Of a stretch of 64,000 bases of DNA, positions 53,501 through 61,450 are shown piece after piece; positions within the stretch are counted from its first letter, which is position 1, and each line of letters opens with the position of its first letter. The translations under genes were made by a program, and so were the position numbers. Location: positions 109,936,160 to 110,000,159 of the forward strand of contig NC_068981.1 in the NCBI RefSeq assembly GCF_001194135.2, written 5' to 3'. The notes under the pieces are model-generated. The model was not told the DNA's origin, made no database searches, and saw only the letters and a program-made list of their open reading frames with translations. The stretch is from Octopus bimaculoides (lineage: Eukaryota).

Positions 53501-56500
53501 CAATTACTGATCTCTTTCCCTTGACGATTTAGTTTTTCTTTTTGTATTTGATGTTTGTGTCACATGGTAAGGATCATGCTTGCCTACAATTTTAAATATT
53601 TACAGGATTTGTAGTTGCATAGCTGAGATGCAAACAACCAACTATTATATGATACAGGTTCGTTTGCTCGAACATCTTACTTTATTAACTCATAAAGTCC
53701 TGTTGTGCTTTCCTCTAGATAAATCTTCCAATCCTGCTAGAAACTAGAGATTTTTATGAAAATGCAGTCAGTTCAGTATAAAAGCCATAAGAAATAAATA
53801 TTGCATGAATTTCTAAATTTGATGATAGACTACAATAATTGCTGATGTATATTATGGCTTTACTTGTTGAGTTTTACTGCTGTCATGTCACTGTCACCTG
53901 CCCAAGTAAGTTGAATAAAGATATGGAATTTGATTATAGGTGTTTTCACATATATTTACAAGATTCCTGTGTGGACACTGATTCTTTGTAACAGGGTTGA
54001 ACTTGCACTCCTGTAGTCTCTGCAATTTGGATATTGCACAACTCTTATTAGAAATTGTATTCTGAGATATGCCTTAATCTCCATTGCTGTAAAGATCATG
54101 TTCCCCTATTGGCACACATATCTTGTGGGCTCACTGCTCATCTTGACAAAAATTTCTTCAGGAAAAAAATTGAAGAAAATATGCAGCAGACTTTGCAAAA
54201 TTCAAAAGGATTTGTAGGGTCTGCATCACTAAATGAAATAATTGATGCAATGATCACTGCTGCCCAGAATTGATAATCGCAATACCATCTGGCAGTGGGG
54301 GCTAGAGGCTTCATTGAAAGGAAAATGACAGCGCTTTCAAGAGAAGATTTGCGTTTTCAAGCTCGGAACTGAGAAAACTGATAAGGAGGATACAAGAGGT
54401 GGTTGAAAAAGCCAGCTTCTATGTATGGCTGAAGTGGGAAGACCAAATATGGCTTGAAAGTCATAACATGCCTCGGTGAGACAGGCTGCCACTGAAGTGA
54501 CTTCGCGCCCTCCATTGTCAGTTAAAGTTTAGACAGTGTCATGTGACAACTTGCTGGAGCCTAGCAGCAGGAAGTTTAGACAGTGTCATGTGACAACTTG
54601 CTGGAGCCTAGCAGCAGGNNNNNNNNNNGGCTGAAGTGGGAAGACCAAATATGGCTTGAAAGTCATAACATGCCTCGGTGAGACAGGCTGCCACTGAAGT
54701 GACTTCGCGCCCTCCATTGTCAGTTAAAGTTTAGACAGTGTCATGTGACAACTTGCTGGAGCCTAGCAGCAGGTATAAAAAGAGGAATTTGACATGACAA
54801 TCAGTCGGATGCTGACACTCGTTGATGCTGCATCGAAGAGGCCAGGGAATAGAAGAAAGAAGACATGCACCCAACACCAGAGCTGAAGACACCTCCGAAA
54901 GGGGGGGGGGGCGCCACGTCAAAACGGTAGAGGAGTAGGGGCCGAAACCGGACGTGGTTCCTCCTGATGATGTCTTGAGCTAACTGGATCCTATAAAGGA
55001 GCTGTTGTGGTAGCAGACCACGAAACATGGTTGAAATTCCTAGATTGCTGGTAGGTACAAACGACACCGAAATATCAGCAAGAAACAATCCAAAGAAATT
55101 CACTGAATGAAGAAACAGAAACACATATGGTGGCAAATAAAAGATCCTCCCAAAATAAGGTTAAACTTTGTTTCTTGTACAGAAGCGTACTTAGTTCTTG
55201 TTTCTTAGCCCCAAAATACACTTAATGAACATGCATTTCAGGATTTGGTAACAGTTGCAGTTATTTGCAGTAAAATTTTTCAAAAGTGCAATAGATTTTG
55301 GTAATAGCAGAGTTTATTAAATGTGAGGAATAAACACACCACCAGTATTCTCATGGTCTATAATGGTGACAACTATTTCAATGTAATACTCATTTACTGA
55401 AATTACTTATCTTCTTAGATATGTAATTTCATATTACATATCTTCTCGTAGCACTCAAAGAAAGGTGTTGTGTGGTGGTGATCTTTTAGTTGTGATGGGA
55501 GTGGGCAGTCACTGGCATTAGTGTTTTGAGTTCTGGTGAAGTAAACTTGTTTCACAGAACTAGATTGATGCTTGCTATTTAAGCAATGTGGTTGTGGATT
55601 GTTAATGGGTTGGATGTGGCACTGAAGAAGGAGCAATAATGCTTGAAATATGCATATACACTAATTAACTTGTTTTTCTATCTTCAATCACGTTGTCTAT
55701 AGAGACGTATTTGTATATGAAACATCATAATTTTCAGTTCTAGATCTAAATTCAATAGAAAATCATAAGAGATACACTTAAAAGTGATTAAATCACACAG
55801 CTAACACAAAAAGTAGGACACAGTATTGCCTTATACACTGTTGTTCCTACCAGCAGTTAAAATTCTTTTATATCTTGCTTGGTTATTTTCTGTGTCAACA
55901 TTTCAACTATTATTGATTGTCTTGTGCTTGGAATTCAGCAATACCACAACATTACCTTTTAAGATGTGTCTGATCTCTGGATGTCCCTCAGTATTCTGCG
56001 GGCTAAAGAGTTTTATAATACATCTACTTTTGCTTTTGAACTTCTGCACATAGCATATAATGCATAACTTCTTATTCATTAAAAAGATAAGGAAGACTGA
56101 AGCAGAGTGAGTAACTAAGCTTTTGGCATTGATTGAAAAAATTAGCAGAAAGTAAACAAAGAAATTTACCAAATGGGAACTGTGTATGGCTAAGGAATTC
56201 TAAAGATGAAATGACATGATTATTAACTAATTACTTCTATAATAAACATGAAATTCTGTCTGTCAGGGACCCCTGTATCTCAGTCTACATTTGCTCTACA
56301 TAGACATATTATACACTTTTGGAGTTATGATGATCCCAGGATTGAAACTTTGCCCTTCATTTGGTCCGTGAACATCCAGCATTAAGATCAGATTTAAAAG
56401 CATTTGGTTTGCAGAAAAAGCTTGGCTGATTCATGCCATCTTGGTTGACATTTGTCAGATGATGTCAGAGATCAAGGAGAAGATAAATGGCATTTGTATC

Positions 56501-59500
56501 ATTAATTTTACATTGGGATAAGAACTTTGGGACAAAATGTCCAACAGTTGGAATTCAACTTGGGACAGGAACAATAGAATGATTGCATTACAGAATTAAT
56601 TGTCATCTGTTCTTAACTTCTCATCAAACACCAGTAGGGCATATAGTCATTATAGACATATCATAGCCATGCTATTTACTTTCACTTTGGGCCGCTTAAA
56701 AGAGTGCGGCTTTTAAGCTAGTATATTTATGAGATTACATCATGAAACAGTCATTTTAGACATTTAAAAACATGCAAAGCCTTTTCATATACTGCTTGAA
56801 AGTATTGTCCATTAAGAAAATCCCAAAAATTCTGTTGCAGTTCAGTGATTTGGTACTGATATACTTTCACACTCTATCTCTTCAATGGTGTCAGTGGTCA
56901 GACCATGAAAGTGCAAAGAGAACTTTCTGTCAATTTCATAATAAACAATTCTATTGAGAAATAAATGAAAAATAAATAAAACAGATTTTTGTGTGTTCTT
57001 CCTTGGTTAAAAAAGACTTTTTCATTATGTAATTTGCTTGAGTTTAACACACAATCTAAGATCATTTATCAAACATTTATCATCGTTTAATGTCCGCTTT
57101 CCATACTGGCATAAGTTGCATGATTTGACTGAGGACTGGCGAACCAGATGGCTGCACAAGGTTCCAATCTGATCTGGCAGAATTTCTACAGATGGATGCC
57201 CTTCCTAACACCAACGACTGGCATAGGCCACAAGTTACGATCTCAACTGGCTTGCCGGGTCTTCCCAAGCACAGCATATTTCCAAAGGTCTCAGTCATTA
57301 GTCATTGCGTCGGTGAGACCTAATGTTTCAAGGTCGTGCTTTACCACTTTTTTACACAGCTATCCTCATCCATTCTCGCCACATGACCATACCAGCACAA
57401 TCGTCTCTCTTGCACACCACAACTGATGCTTCTTAGGTTCAACTTTTCTCTCAAGGTACTTACACTCTGTTGAATATGCATACTGACATTACACATCCAG
57501 TGGAGCATACTGGCTTCATTCCTTGCGAGCCTACGCATGTCTTCAACAGTCACGGCCCATGATTCACTGTCATGAAACATGGCTGTTCATACACATGTGT
57601 CGTACAGTCTGCCTTTTACTCTGAGAGAGAGATCAAATAACAGAATAATTCAATATATGCAAAAAAAAAGAAAGAAAATGAATGTAAAATAAATTAACAA
57701 ATATATCTGCACACACACACACATATATTCATATACTGAAGCAGTCAACCCTCATCTGCTTCTCATGTAAGGGATCTCTTATTTCACATGGCTTCAAAGA
57801 TACAAAGGGACCAGACAATATGCTGACATGCAAATTGACAACAAAAACACTACTGACATATCTTTCATATAAGTGATCACTCGTGTAAATAAACATACAG
57901 ACACACGTGTATGTGCACACACACACACAATGAGCTTTCAGTTTGTGGATCAAGACCATTCATAAGGTTTTGGTTAACAGGATCTGAAGTAGAAGATACT
58001 TTCCCAATGTGCCGTGCTGTAGGACTGAACCAAAAACCACAATAGTAACCATACAAATTTTAGTCATTGACTTCATTCACAAAGAAACAAAAATGTCTTT
58101 TGTGAATCCATATGAAAACTAGAATGAAAGAACATGAAAAAAGTAAGGAAGACAGAAGCCAACATGAGTATCACAACACAGTCATAAATACACACCTACA
58201 TATCACCACCCCAACATCATTTAATGTCTGTTGTCTATGCTGGCAAGCTGGAGAGCTGTACCAGGCTACAGTTTGATTTGGCATGCCCTTCCTAATGCCA
58301 ACCACTTTACAGAATGAGTTGGGTGCTTTTGCACAGCATTGCAATAGTGCTATTACATGGCACCAGTATAGGACTCTTGCAAGCCAATCCTCCTCACGAG
58401 GAAGACCAGCCTTAACATTCCTGTTGTGGAGTACAGGTCTTCTTGAGTACAGTAAGGCACCAGATATCCTGGTCTTTTGTCATCATGCCTGAAAGCTTCA
58501 GCATTCTTAGGTCATCCGTCAGTACTTTGTCCCATGCCTTCCTAGGTCTCCCACTTTCACATGTGTCCCATCTACTTTGAGATTGGCATGTCTTTATGAA
58601 GCTGTTGACATCCAACTATATCACATGACCAAACTAGTGCAGTCTTCTCTCTGGCACACAGCATCTAATTCCTCTAATGCCTAACTTTTCAAGTCACTAG
58701 CACTCTGTTGAACATATACACTTACATAATTCATCCAACAGAGCACACTTGCTTCATTCTTCTCTAACCTTCATAAATTTTCTACATTCAGGGTCCACAT
58801 CTCGCTACCATGTAGAATTGCTGTCTATTATACATGGATCGCACAATCTTCCTTTCACTCAGAGAGAGAAACATTTTGTAGTCAACAGAAGTAAAAACTC
58901 TCTGAATTTCTTCCATCCTATTCTAGCTATCATCCTATCTGTGCATCCTCTCCCACTATTAATTTGGTTCCCTAAGTACTAGAAATTATCTACTGAACCA
59001 CCAGGGCATTTGAGAGAAGCAATTTCCTGAGACTGTAGTTTTTTTTTATGGATCCTGTCCATCTTCCACATACAAATACTACTTTATTTGATAATCTTCC
59101 TATTAATCCACTGCACCTCCTGTATGTCCATAGCTTACACTGGGTACACCAAATGGAGTTCCTACCTACACCTTTCCTACAAATTGAACAGGGCCAAGGG
59201 GGTAGGGTCCTGTCTGTTTTCTTGTTTACTAATATATAGTAAGTTCATGTAGAGATAGAGGTAAAAGATTCCAAACAAGTCTAAGTAAATTAATCTGGTC
59301 TATTAATGACAAAAACGAAGACTATACTATTAATTGTGAATTAATTAGTACCACAAACCATACAGACCAGGAACTGATAAATGTGACCTTTGTATAGGGC
59401 TTTCCTATAAGGTGTTATCCACCCCTGATTGGAACTCTCCCGTATGACATGTACGCATGCTCAGTGACTTGCTTTAACAGTTGCAATCAGCTGAATGCAC

Positions 59501-59698
59501 ATTGCCAGTGACATTTGACATAATTACCCACACTCTGTGGTCAGGATTCTTTTTTTGGTTTGATGTCGGTATCGAAGGGATTACCAGACACCGGACAATA
59601 CAGTGAGAGCAGCTTTCACTCACATCGTGGTATTCAATGCTGTGTACGTGTCTGTCGTGGTAAAATATGCCACTCCTTAACTGTTGCTTTGCTTTCAT
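1775..59698 (-). CDS. Probable multi-exon protein-coding gene, family unassigned (weak, colinear FANCB-like resemblance); exon set incomplete
   Basis: Series of short non-repeat open segments on the minus strand bounded by polypyrimidine-AG acceptors and GT donors. Compatible phase joins: 38531-38585 to 36699-36756; 31777-31881 to 15592-15703; 13125-13171 to 8431-8442; 7698 donor to 7373-7447 to 6753-6798 to 5838-5855; 5337-5408 to 1775-1939. Other joins do not close, so exons are missing or miscalled. Confidence 0.7.
3532..5012 (+). mobile_element. Tc1-like DNA transposon, DD37E spacing, long TIRs, decayed and N-terminally deleted
   Basis: TA on both flanks (3530-31, 5013-14). 3532-~3862 is an inverted copy of ~4710-5012. 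Transposase motifs VLFTDNTRATLDESDSW, QQGGGVMLWA, FMHDKAPSH and DLNPFENLWSIIK, with 37 residues between the second D and the E. Confidence 0.88.
5337..5408 (-). CDS. Candidate exon VRLKHKLDLADHFETIILKISFHN
   Basis: Acceptor tttggctttccag, donor AAT|gtaggt; 72 nt open. An alternative acceptor 5 nt inside would give phase 2. Confidence 0.6.
5838..5855 (-). CDS. Candidate 18-nt micro-exon (EVDID)
   Basis: Acceptor tttattttcag, donor CAG|gttaaa. The only open frame is phase 2 to 2, matching the upstream candidate exon. Confidence 0.35.
5939..6002. repeat. Perfect 32-bp tandem duplication
   Basis: gaaagctaacattaaacatgttgttaaaacag occurs at 5939-5970 and 5971-6002. Confidence 0.9.
6215..6425 (-). 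mobile_element. tRNA-derived SINE, decayed
   Basis: Reverse strand carries the gtgtccttgagcaaggtact central motif downstream of a decayed tRNA-like head; related to the 13495-13830 copy. Confidence 0.6.
6753..6798 (-). CDS. Candidate exon (D)EILAVILSYSHTCK
   Basis: Acceptor ttaacttag, donor ATG|gtaaat. Phase 1 to 2, compatible with both neighbours. Confidence 0.45.
7373..7447 (-). CDS. Candidate exon (E)DTIYIFTNPLTHTVGLLASYTKSS
   Basis: Acceptor atatacag, donor CAG|gtattg; 75 nt with a single open frame (phase 1 to 1). Confidence 0.6.
7698..7831 (-). CDS. Candidate exon ending VQLVTTSPNPPSSVSWKTLLYMIK; 5' boundary uncertain
   Basis: Donor AAG|gtgtct is in phase with the next exon. The strongest acceptor (ttttttccccactgtcag, 7832) gives an in-frame TGA at 7780-7782; weaker AGs lie downstream of that TGA. 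Confidence 0.5.
8431..8442 (-). CDS. Candidate 12-nt micro-exon SEEL
   Basis: Acceptor catttttatttcag, donor CTG|gtatgg. Phase 0, matching the upstream exon ending TLFE. Confidence 0.5.
8640..10372 (+). mobile_element. RTE LINE, internally deleted copy with repeat-containing 3' UTR
   Basis: Linker region similar to 43660-43920, then CGRC, NSFRYLG, AMLHGSETW, RLHWYGHM, a 66-bp repeat block, and the shared ccagcatggaaa...gataatga end. Confidence 0.88.
9781..10228 (+). repeat. ~66-bp tandem repeat, about 7 diverged units, in the RTE 3' UTR
   Basis: Unit approximately gccagtaccccctgactggctcccgtgccggtggcacgtaaaaagcaccatccaaatgtggtcgat, with no unique spacers. Confidence 0.9.
11140..12070. mobile_element. 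Two oppositely oriented fragments of an unclassified, strand-biased LINE-like repeat family (possibly CR1/L2)
   Basis: aagtatgatagagg(a/g)acaag...gctat(a/t)gaggag occurs at ~11160 and ~50960, and its reverse complement at ~11980-12030. Similar purine-rich decayed tracts lie at ~29130-29480 and ~30960-31260. Confidence 0.5.
12435..12632 (+). mobile_element. RTE LINE 3' end fragment
   Basis: aaaagcacccagtgcactc...ccagcatggaaagtgggtgttaaatgatggtgatg matches the 3' ends at 10220-10372 and 26410-26594. Confidence 0.75.
13125..13171 (-). CDS. Candidate exon NCLKTTSKMIKTLFE
   Basis: Acceptor gttttctcag, donor GAG|gtgact; single open frame (phase 1 to 0). Confidence 0.6.
13495..13830 (-). mobile_element. 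tRNA-derived SINE
   Basis: Reverse strand reads actcagtggttagagcgtcggg (A box), gagtttgatttcc (B box-like), then gtgttcttgagcaagacac. Confidence 0.75.
14061..14182 (+). ncRNA. Minimal type I hammerhead ribozyme motif
   Basis: TCT-CTGACGA-A-GCCCAGAGGT...ACCTCTTGGGT-GAAA-CAGCTG-TA-AGA: complete core, 10-bp helix II, palindromic helix III, GUA cleavage triplet, 3-bp helix I. Confidence 0.75.
14469..14499 (-). ncRNA. Minimal hammerhead ribozyme motif truncated by an assembly gap
   Basis: Minus strand reads [gap]ATGA-ACG GGAA CGT-GAAA-CTC A GAG-TA-ACGG. The expected CTG and helix I 5' strand fall in the N run. Confidence 0.6.
14500..15025. other. Assembly gap
   Basis: N run. Others at 1064-1073, 33881-34230, 39315-39730, 54619-54628 and 59737-60463; exons may be hidden in them. 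Confidence 0.98.
15026..15248. repeat. Short inverted repeat next to a gap
   Basis: 15026-15088 (aaggagtaagagctaaaataaacatgcaag-ttgaggtaatgatatagagatggaggtg) is the reverse complement of 15177-15248 apart from a 12-nt indel. Confidence 0.75.
15592..15703 (-). CDS. Candidate exon (R)LKDQTCYCVTAKFKYSQDCITSQDIDAVLLHSLQMTR
   Basis: Acceptor ttctttaactgcaatag, donor AGG|gtgaag. 112 nt; the phase 2 start matches exon 31777-31881. Confidence 0.65.
15995..18915 (-). mobile_element. Penelope-like retroelement, decayed, flanked by ~550-bp inverted repeats (pLTRs)
   Basis: Minus-strand RT remnants CLICPSNSDTGRINKVILDRI...NLWTNTTEAIQWF, FI*VDIDHYYSSISPTLLNKAL, YFDIP..G...AQITNLVGCYLL. ~15995-16570 is the reverse complement of ~18390-18915, and a hammerhead core lies in the left repeat. 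Confidence 0.8.
16036..16121 (-). ncRNA. Degenerate hammerhead ribozyme motif in the Penelope pLTR
   Basis: CAGC-CTGATGA-GTAGCT...AGCTA-GAAAA-CATATG-TA-GCCTG. The expected CGAAA reads GAAAA. The inverted copy at ~18800-18870 has lost CTGATGA. Confidence 0.55.
20748..20850 (+). mobile_element. Helitron-like 5' end (non-autonomous type)
   Basis: TC start: tctattatataaaaatcaatgtctgtgtgt...aaaactactcgaccaatcctaatgaaatttggaacac, resembling invertebrate Helitron 5' termini. No matching 3' end was found. Confidence 0.45.
24300..25215 (+). mobile_element. RTE-like LINE of a second, older family, decayed RT to C-terminus
   Basis: FVNPKVAFDTIDHATCWKILKLISVPPKI, NSRLRQGCV, later GRLCTRWLD and LEDLESLAQDHQQW. 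Frameshifted, and different from the dominant family. Confidence 0.75.
25460..26594 (+). mobile_element. RTE LINE 5'-truncated copy with four 66-bp units and a (GAT)n tail
   Basis: YQGDQVCSGGG, TAMLRGNETW, RLR*YGHV; repeat units at ~26177-26420; tail at ~26572-26594. Confidence 0.9.
27451..27578. mobile_element. Tc1/mariner-type MITE
   Basis: TIR cagggtgattcaaaagtcaccatacata / tatgtatggtgacttttgaatcatccta, flanked by TA. Confidence 0.8.
29500..30912 (-). mobile_element. Cluster of about six same-orientation tRNA-derived SINE copies
   Basis: aggcacaa(a/g)...gtcgattacat...gaaaggcaaag...aatttgaactc...ctaagcattt...gattctgccagc recurs at ~29500, 29905, 30118, 30345, 30548 (partial) and 30697, mostly separated by (AAT)n. 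Reverse strand has A box ggcagaatcgttag and B box gagttcaaattc. Confidence 0.88.
31777..31881 (-). CDS. Candidate exon NLGIFIENCIRSVFDLILWNIEYSGIVAVLLLQL(R)
   Basis: Acceptor tttattcatttgtttttatggcacag, donor GAG|gtagga; 105 nt, phase 2 to 2. Confidence 0.65.
31951..32139 (-). CDS. Candidate exon starting PFDEQSKFNPLHQKINYGADTYASIKDQMITDY; donor uncertain
   Basis: Acceptor catttttcag followed by 63 open codons in very AT-rich DNA, with several possible GT donors. Confidence 0.5.
33825..34345. repeat. (TG)n microsatellite spanning a gap, then (AAT)n
   Basis: Directly visible. Other long tracts: (GA)n ~2935-2978, (TA)n ~27577-27621, ~31285-31338 and ~62147-62184, (CT)n ~41492-41526, (TG)n ~61393-61445. 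Confidence 0.95.
35118..35159 (-). ncRNA. Minimal type I hammerhead ribozyme motif
   Basis: CTTCA-CTGAGGA-GATTTT ATT AAGACT-GAAA-CATG-TC-TGGAG: 5-bp helix I, palindromic helix III and GUC site; helix II is weakened by a mismatch and wobbles. Confidence 0.6.
36699..36756 (-). CDS. Candidate exon (C)IANQSVWQFISGTGILRPK
   Basis: Long poly-T tract + ccag acceptor, donor AAG|gtaagg; 58 nt, phase 2 to 0. Confidence 0.75.
37253..37420 (+). mobile_element. tRNA-derived SINE (second family)
   Basis: ccaaccacatggttccaagttcagtcccactgtgtggcaccttgggcaagtgtc...agccttgtgagtggatttggtag, followed by a (TA)/(TG) tail. A decayed minus-strand copy lies at ~57930-58050. Confidence 0.8.
37645..37835 (-). mobile_element. 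RTE LINE 3' end fragment
   Basis: (CAT)n + ttaatgtccgttttccatgctggcatggg, the reverse complement of the shared RTE terminus. Similar stubs occur at ~23870, ~28565 and ~50650-50840. Confidence 0.75.
38531..38585 (-). CDS. Candidate exon NDSRVSVTSIIKNLSHQ(C)
   Basis: Acceptor gttagtcctacag, donor ATG|gtgata. Phase 1 to 2, joining 36699-36756 as TG+C = Cys. Confidence 0.55.
39173..39756 (+). mobile_element. RTE LINE 3' fragment nested in the mariner
   Basis: CVKKCHTLTVEGTRGRGRPRKTWAEVV...DRDL, then an N gap, then a GAT tail. Confidence 0.85.
39859..40076 (-). mobile_element. SINE nested in the mariner with a 14-bp TSD
   Basis: Same family as the 29.5-30.9 kb cluster; AACAAAGGTGGATA at 39845-39858 and 40077-40090. 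Confidence 0.9.
41650..42475 (-). mobile_element. Helitron 3' end with helicase C-terminal remnants
   Basis: Minus strand: FENVGIYLLAPIFCHGQLYVAL, then a subterminal hairpin gccatcattttttacggc and terminus ...gaccagATAGt (decayed CTAG). ~135-bp direct repeats at ~42011-42145 and ~42343-42475. Confidence 0.72.
42476..44027 (+). mobile_element. RTE LINE 5' half (5' UTR, AP-endonuclease, linker), truncated before RT
   Basis: TLRVGTL, EMLERRRVDLCCIQE, AGDFNGHVG...GFGSRNEEGTRLLEFCDANDLMVCNTNF, TDYILTRK, PQHRLVVSDF, WRRHYERLLN. Confidence 0.92.
47612..47686 (-). CDS. Candidate exon VLTLLWSLLTVMQIKANSNVCLTW
   Basis: Acceptor cattctgttttcag, donor GGA|gtatgt; 75 nt with a single open frame (phase 2 to 2). 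Confidence 0.55.
49050..50500 (-). pseudogene. Decayed Helitron PIF1-family helicase region
   Basis: NGRIYFWDTPDATRKTSLLN (degenerate Walker A, cf. FLDAPGGTGKT), SGLSVALLHKG..HS, FGEGKIP, NELIEKVF, WLCEKAVLVPK, NYPTEFLN. Many stops and frameshifts. Confidence 0.85.
50940..51760 (-). mobile_element. Purine-rich decayed repeat, same family as 11140-12070
   Basis: Shares aagtatgatagagggacaag...ctatagaggagatacat with the 11-12 kb copies. Confidence 0.5.
52000..52730 (-). mobile_element. Old RTE LINE RT fragment
   Basis: Minus strand FKSGYPWELL, YLGNLISCRGGCFESVVRLRIDWRTFRDLL, cgayetw-like segment. Confidence 0.75.
54285..55060 (+). mobile_element. HERO/R2-like (restriction-like endonuclease) non-LTR retrotransposon 3' end
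   Basis: LAVGARGFI...ELRKLIRRIQEVVEKASFYVWLKWEDQIW resembles the EVG(A/C)RGF...SxWxWxKR C-terminus of HERO/NeSL ORFs; followed by a GC-richer 3' UTR with CCGAAAC...CTGATGATG. Confidence 0.6.
56865..56950 (-). CDS. Candidate exon IVYYEIDRKFSLHFHGLTTDTIEEIECE
   Basis: Very long polypyrimidine tract ending tttctcaatag, donor AAA|gtatat; 86 nt, phase 2 to 1. Confidence 0.65.
57060..57632 (-). mobile_element. RTE LINE 3' fragment
   Basis: DSESWAVTVEDMRRLARNEASMLHWMCNV...RRLCWYGHVARM, plus the shared 3' terminus. Confidence 0.88.
57737..57861 (-). CDS. Weak candidate exon ...VNLHVSILSGPFVSLKPCEIRDPLHEKQMRVDCF
   Basis: Open, protein-like frame with donor TCA|gtatat. The acceptor is ambiguous and the end phase does not match the next candidate. 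Confidence 0.3.
58205..59230 (-). mobile_element. Decayed RTE LINE 3' half including the PHD-like insert
   Basis: PWPCSICRKGVGRNSIWCTQCKLWTYRRC at ~59110-59200, GRPRKAWD, and the 3' UTR. Confidence 0.85.
59624..59698 (-). CDS. Weak candidate first coding exon MKAKQQLRSGIFYHDRHVHSIEYHD
   Basis: ATG with an upstream in-frame stop, consensus donor GAT|gtgagt, locally CpG-retaining sequence. It could instead belong to a transposon, and it abuts a gap. Confidence 0.3.
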
Positions 59699-61389
59699 CC
59701 GTAGCACGAGGTAATTATGTCATTATCTGTGAAATTNNNNNNNNNNNNNNNNNNNNNNNNNNNNNNNNNNNNNNNNNNNNNNNNNNNNNNNNNNNNNNNN
59801 NNNNNNNNNNNNNNNNNNNNNNNNNNNNNNNNNNNNNNNNNNNNNNNNNNNNNNNNNNNNNNNNNNNNNNNNNNNNNNNNNNNNNNNNNNNNNNNNNNNN
59901 NNNNNNNNNNNNNNNNNNNNNNNNNNNNNNNNNNNNNNNNNNNNNNNNNNNNNNNNNNNNNNNNNNNNNNNNNNNNNNNNNNNNNNNNNNNNNNNNNNNN
60001 NNNNNNNNNNNNNNNNNNNNNNNNNNNNNNNNNNNNNNNNNNNNNNNNNNNNNNNNNNNNNNNNNNNNNNNNNNNNNNNNNNNNNNNNNNNNNNNNNNNN
60101 NNNNNNNNNNNNNNNNNNNNNNNNNNNNNNNNNNNNNNNNNNNNNNNNNNNNNNNNNNNNNNNNNNNNNNNNNNNNNNNNNNNNNNNNNNNNNNNNNNNN
60201 NNNNNNNNNNNNNNNNNNNNNNNNNNNNNNNNNNNNNNNNNNNNNNNNNNNNNNNNNNNNNNNNNNNNNNNNNNNNNNNNNNNNNNNNNNNNNNNNNNNN
60301 NNNNNNNNNNNNNNNNNNNNNNNNNNNNNNNNNNNNNNNNNNNNNNNNNNNNNNNNNNNNNNNNNNNNNNNNNNNNNNNNNNNNNNNNNNNNNNNNNNNN
60401 NNNNNNNNNNNNNNNNNNNNNNNNNNNNNNNNNNNNNNNNNNNNNNNNNNNNNNNNNNNNNNNATATATATATATATATATATATAAAACAGAATTAAAA
60501 GTAATGCTATGCTACTTTGAAATAATCCTTATTATTATTATCATTATTATTTATTATTTATTATCATTATTATAATCATATATAAATATAAATGAGTAGT
60601 ATAAGATATGATTTCAAAGGATCATGCAGCCATCACAGTAAGCTCCTCATACAGACTCAGCTATCAATCTACATAATAATCAACTACAAAGTAGTCTAAT
60701 ATAAAGTGCTCTATGTAACTGAGTATCTAGAAAACTAGATTTATTTTGTGAGGAGTATATAAAAGCATAAAAGTCAGGAGGTATGAGAGGTGACTAGAGA
60801 TTTATTTAACCATGACTTCCATAGGATTATGGCCATTTGGCAACTTTCTTTGTATAGTATTAATTTTAGTAGATAAGAAATTCTGTGTAGATGTTGGCAT
60901 TAATATGTATGCTCAGCATCATATAATAGAATCATATATTCACAAATTAATGCAAATAAAAATAGTTCATCAGATCTCAAAAACATCATGGTTACACCAA
61001 CAATTCAACTGTTACATATGTATTACTGGGGCAACTTGATCATGCACACATGTTTACTCAATATATGTAAGAGTCATTTGCCTTTGATGATGTGAGTTTG
61101 GATATTTTCACAAGGTATGCAAAGATAGAGCTCTCCAACAGGCTGATTCGGCTGATTGTTAATACATATACCCAATGAACCTTAAATGTGTACTAGGTAC
61201 TCATTTGAACTAAGGCCTTCTGGGGCTCATACCAATATTATTCCAAATATATAAATGAGTGGGTAAACAAATGAAACAAAAGTAGAACTTTAATAACAGA
61301 TTGACTGGACTAAACATCACTTAAAGTTTTGTATAAGCAGAACACGAACTCGTCATCAGATATTCTGAGTTAGAGTCATATATACATAT

Positions 61390-61450
<61 letters not shown>

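Noticed and set aside
54427-54772. Direct duplications around 54619-54628
   Set aside because: Identical copies either side of a 10-N gap; most likely an assembly artefact.
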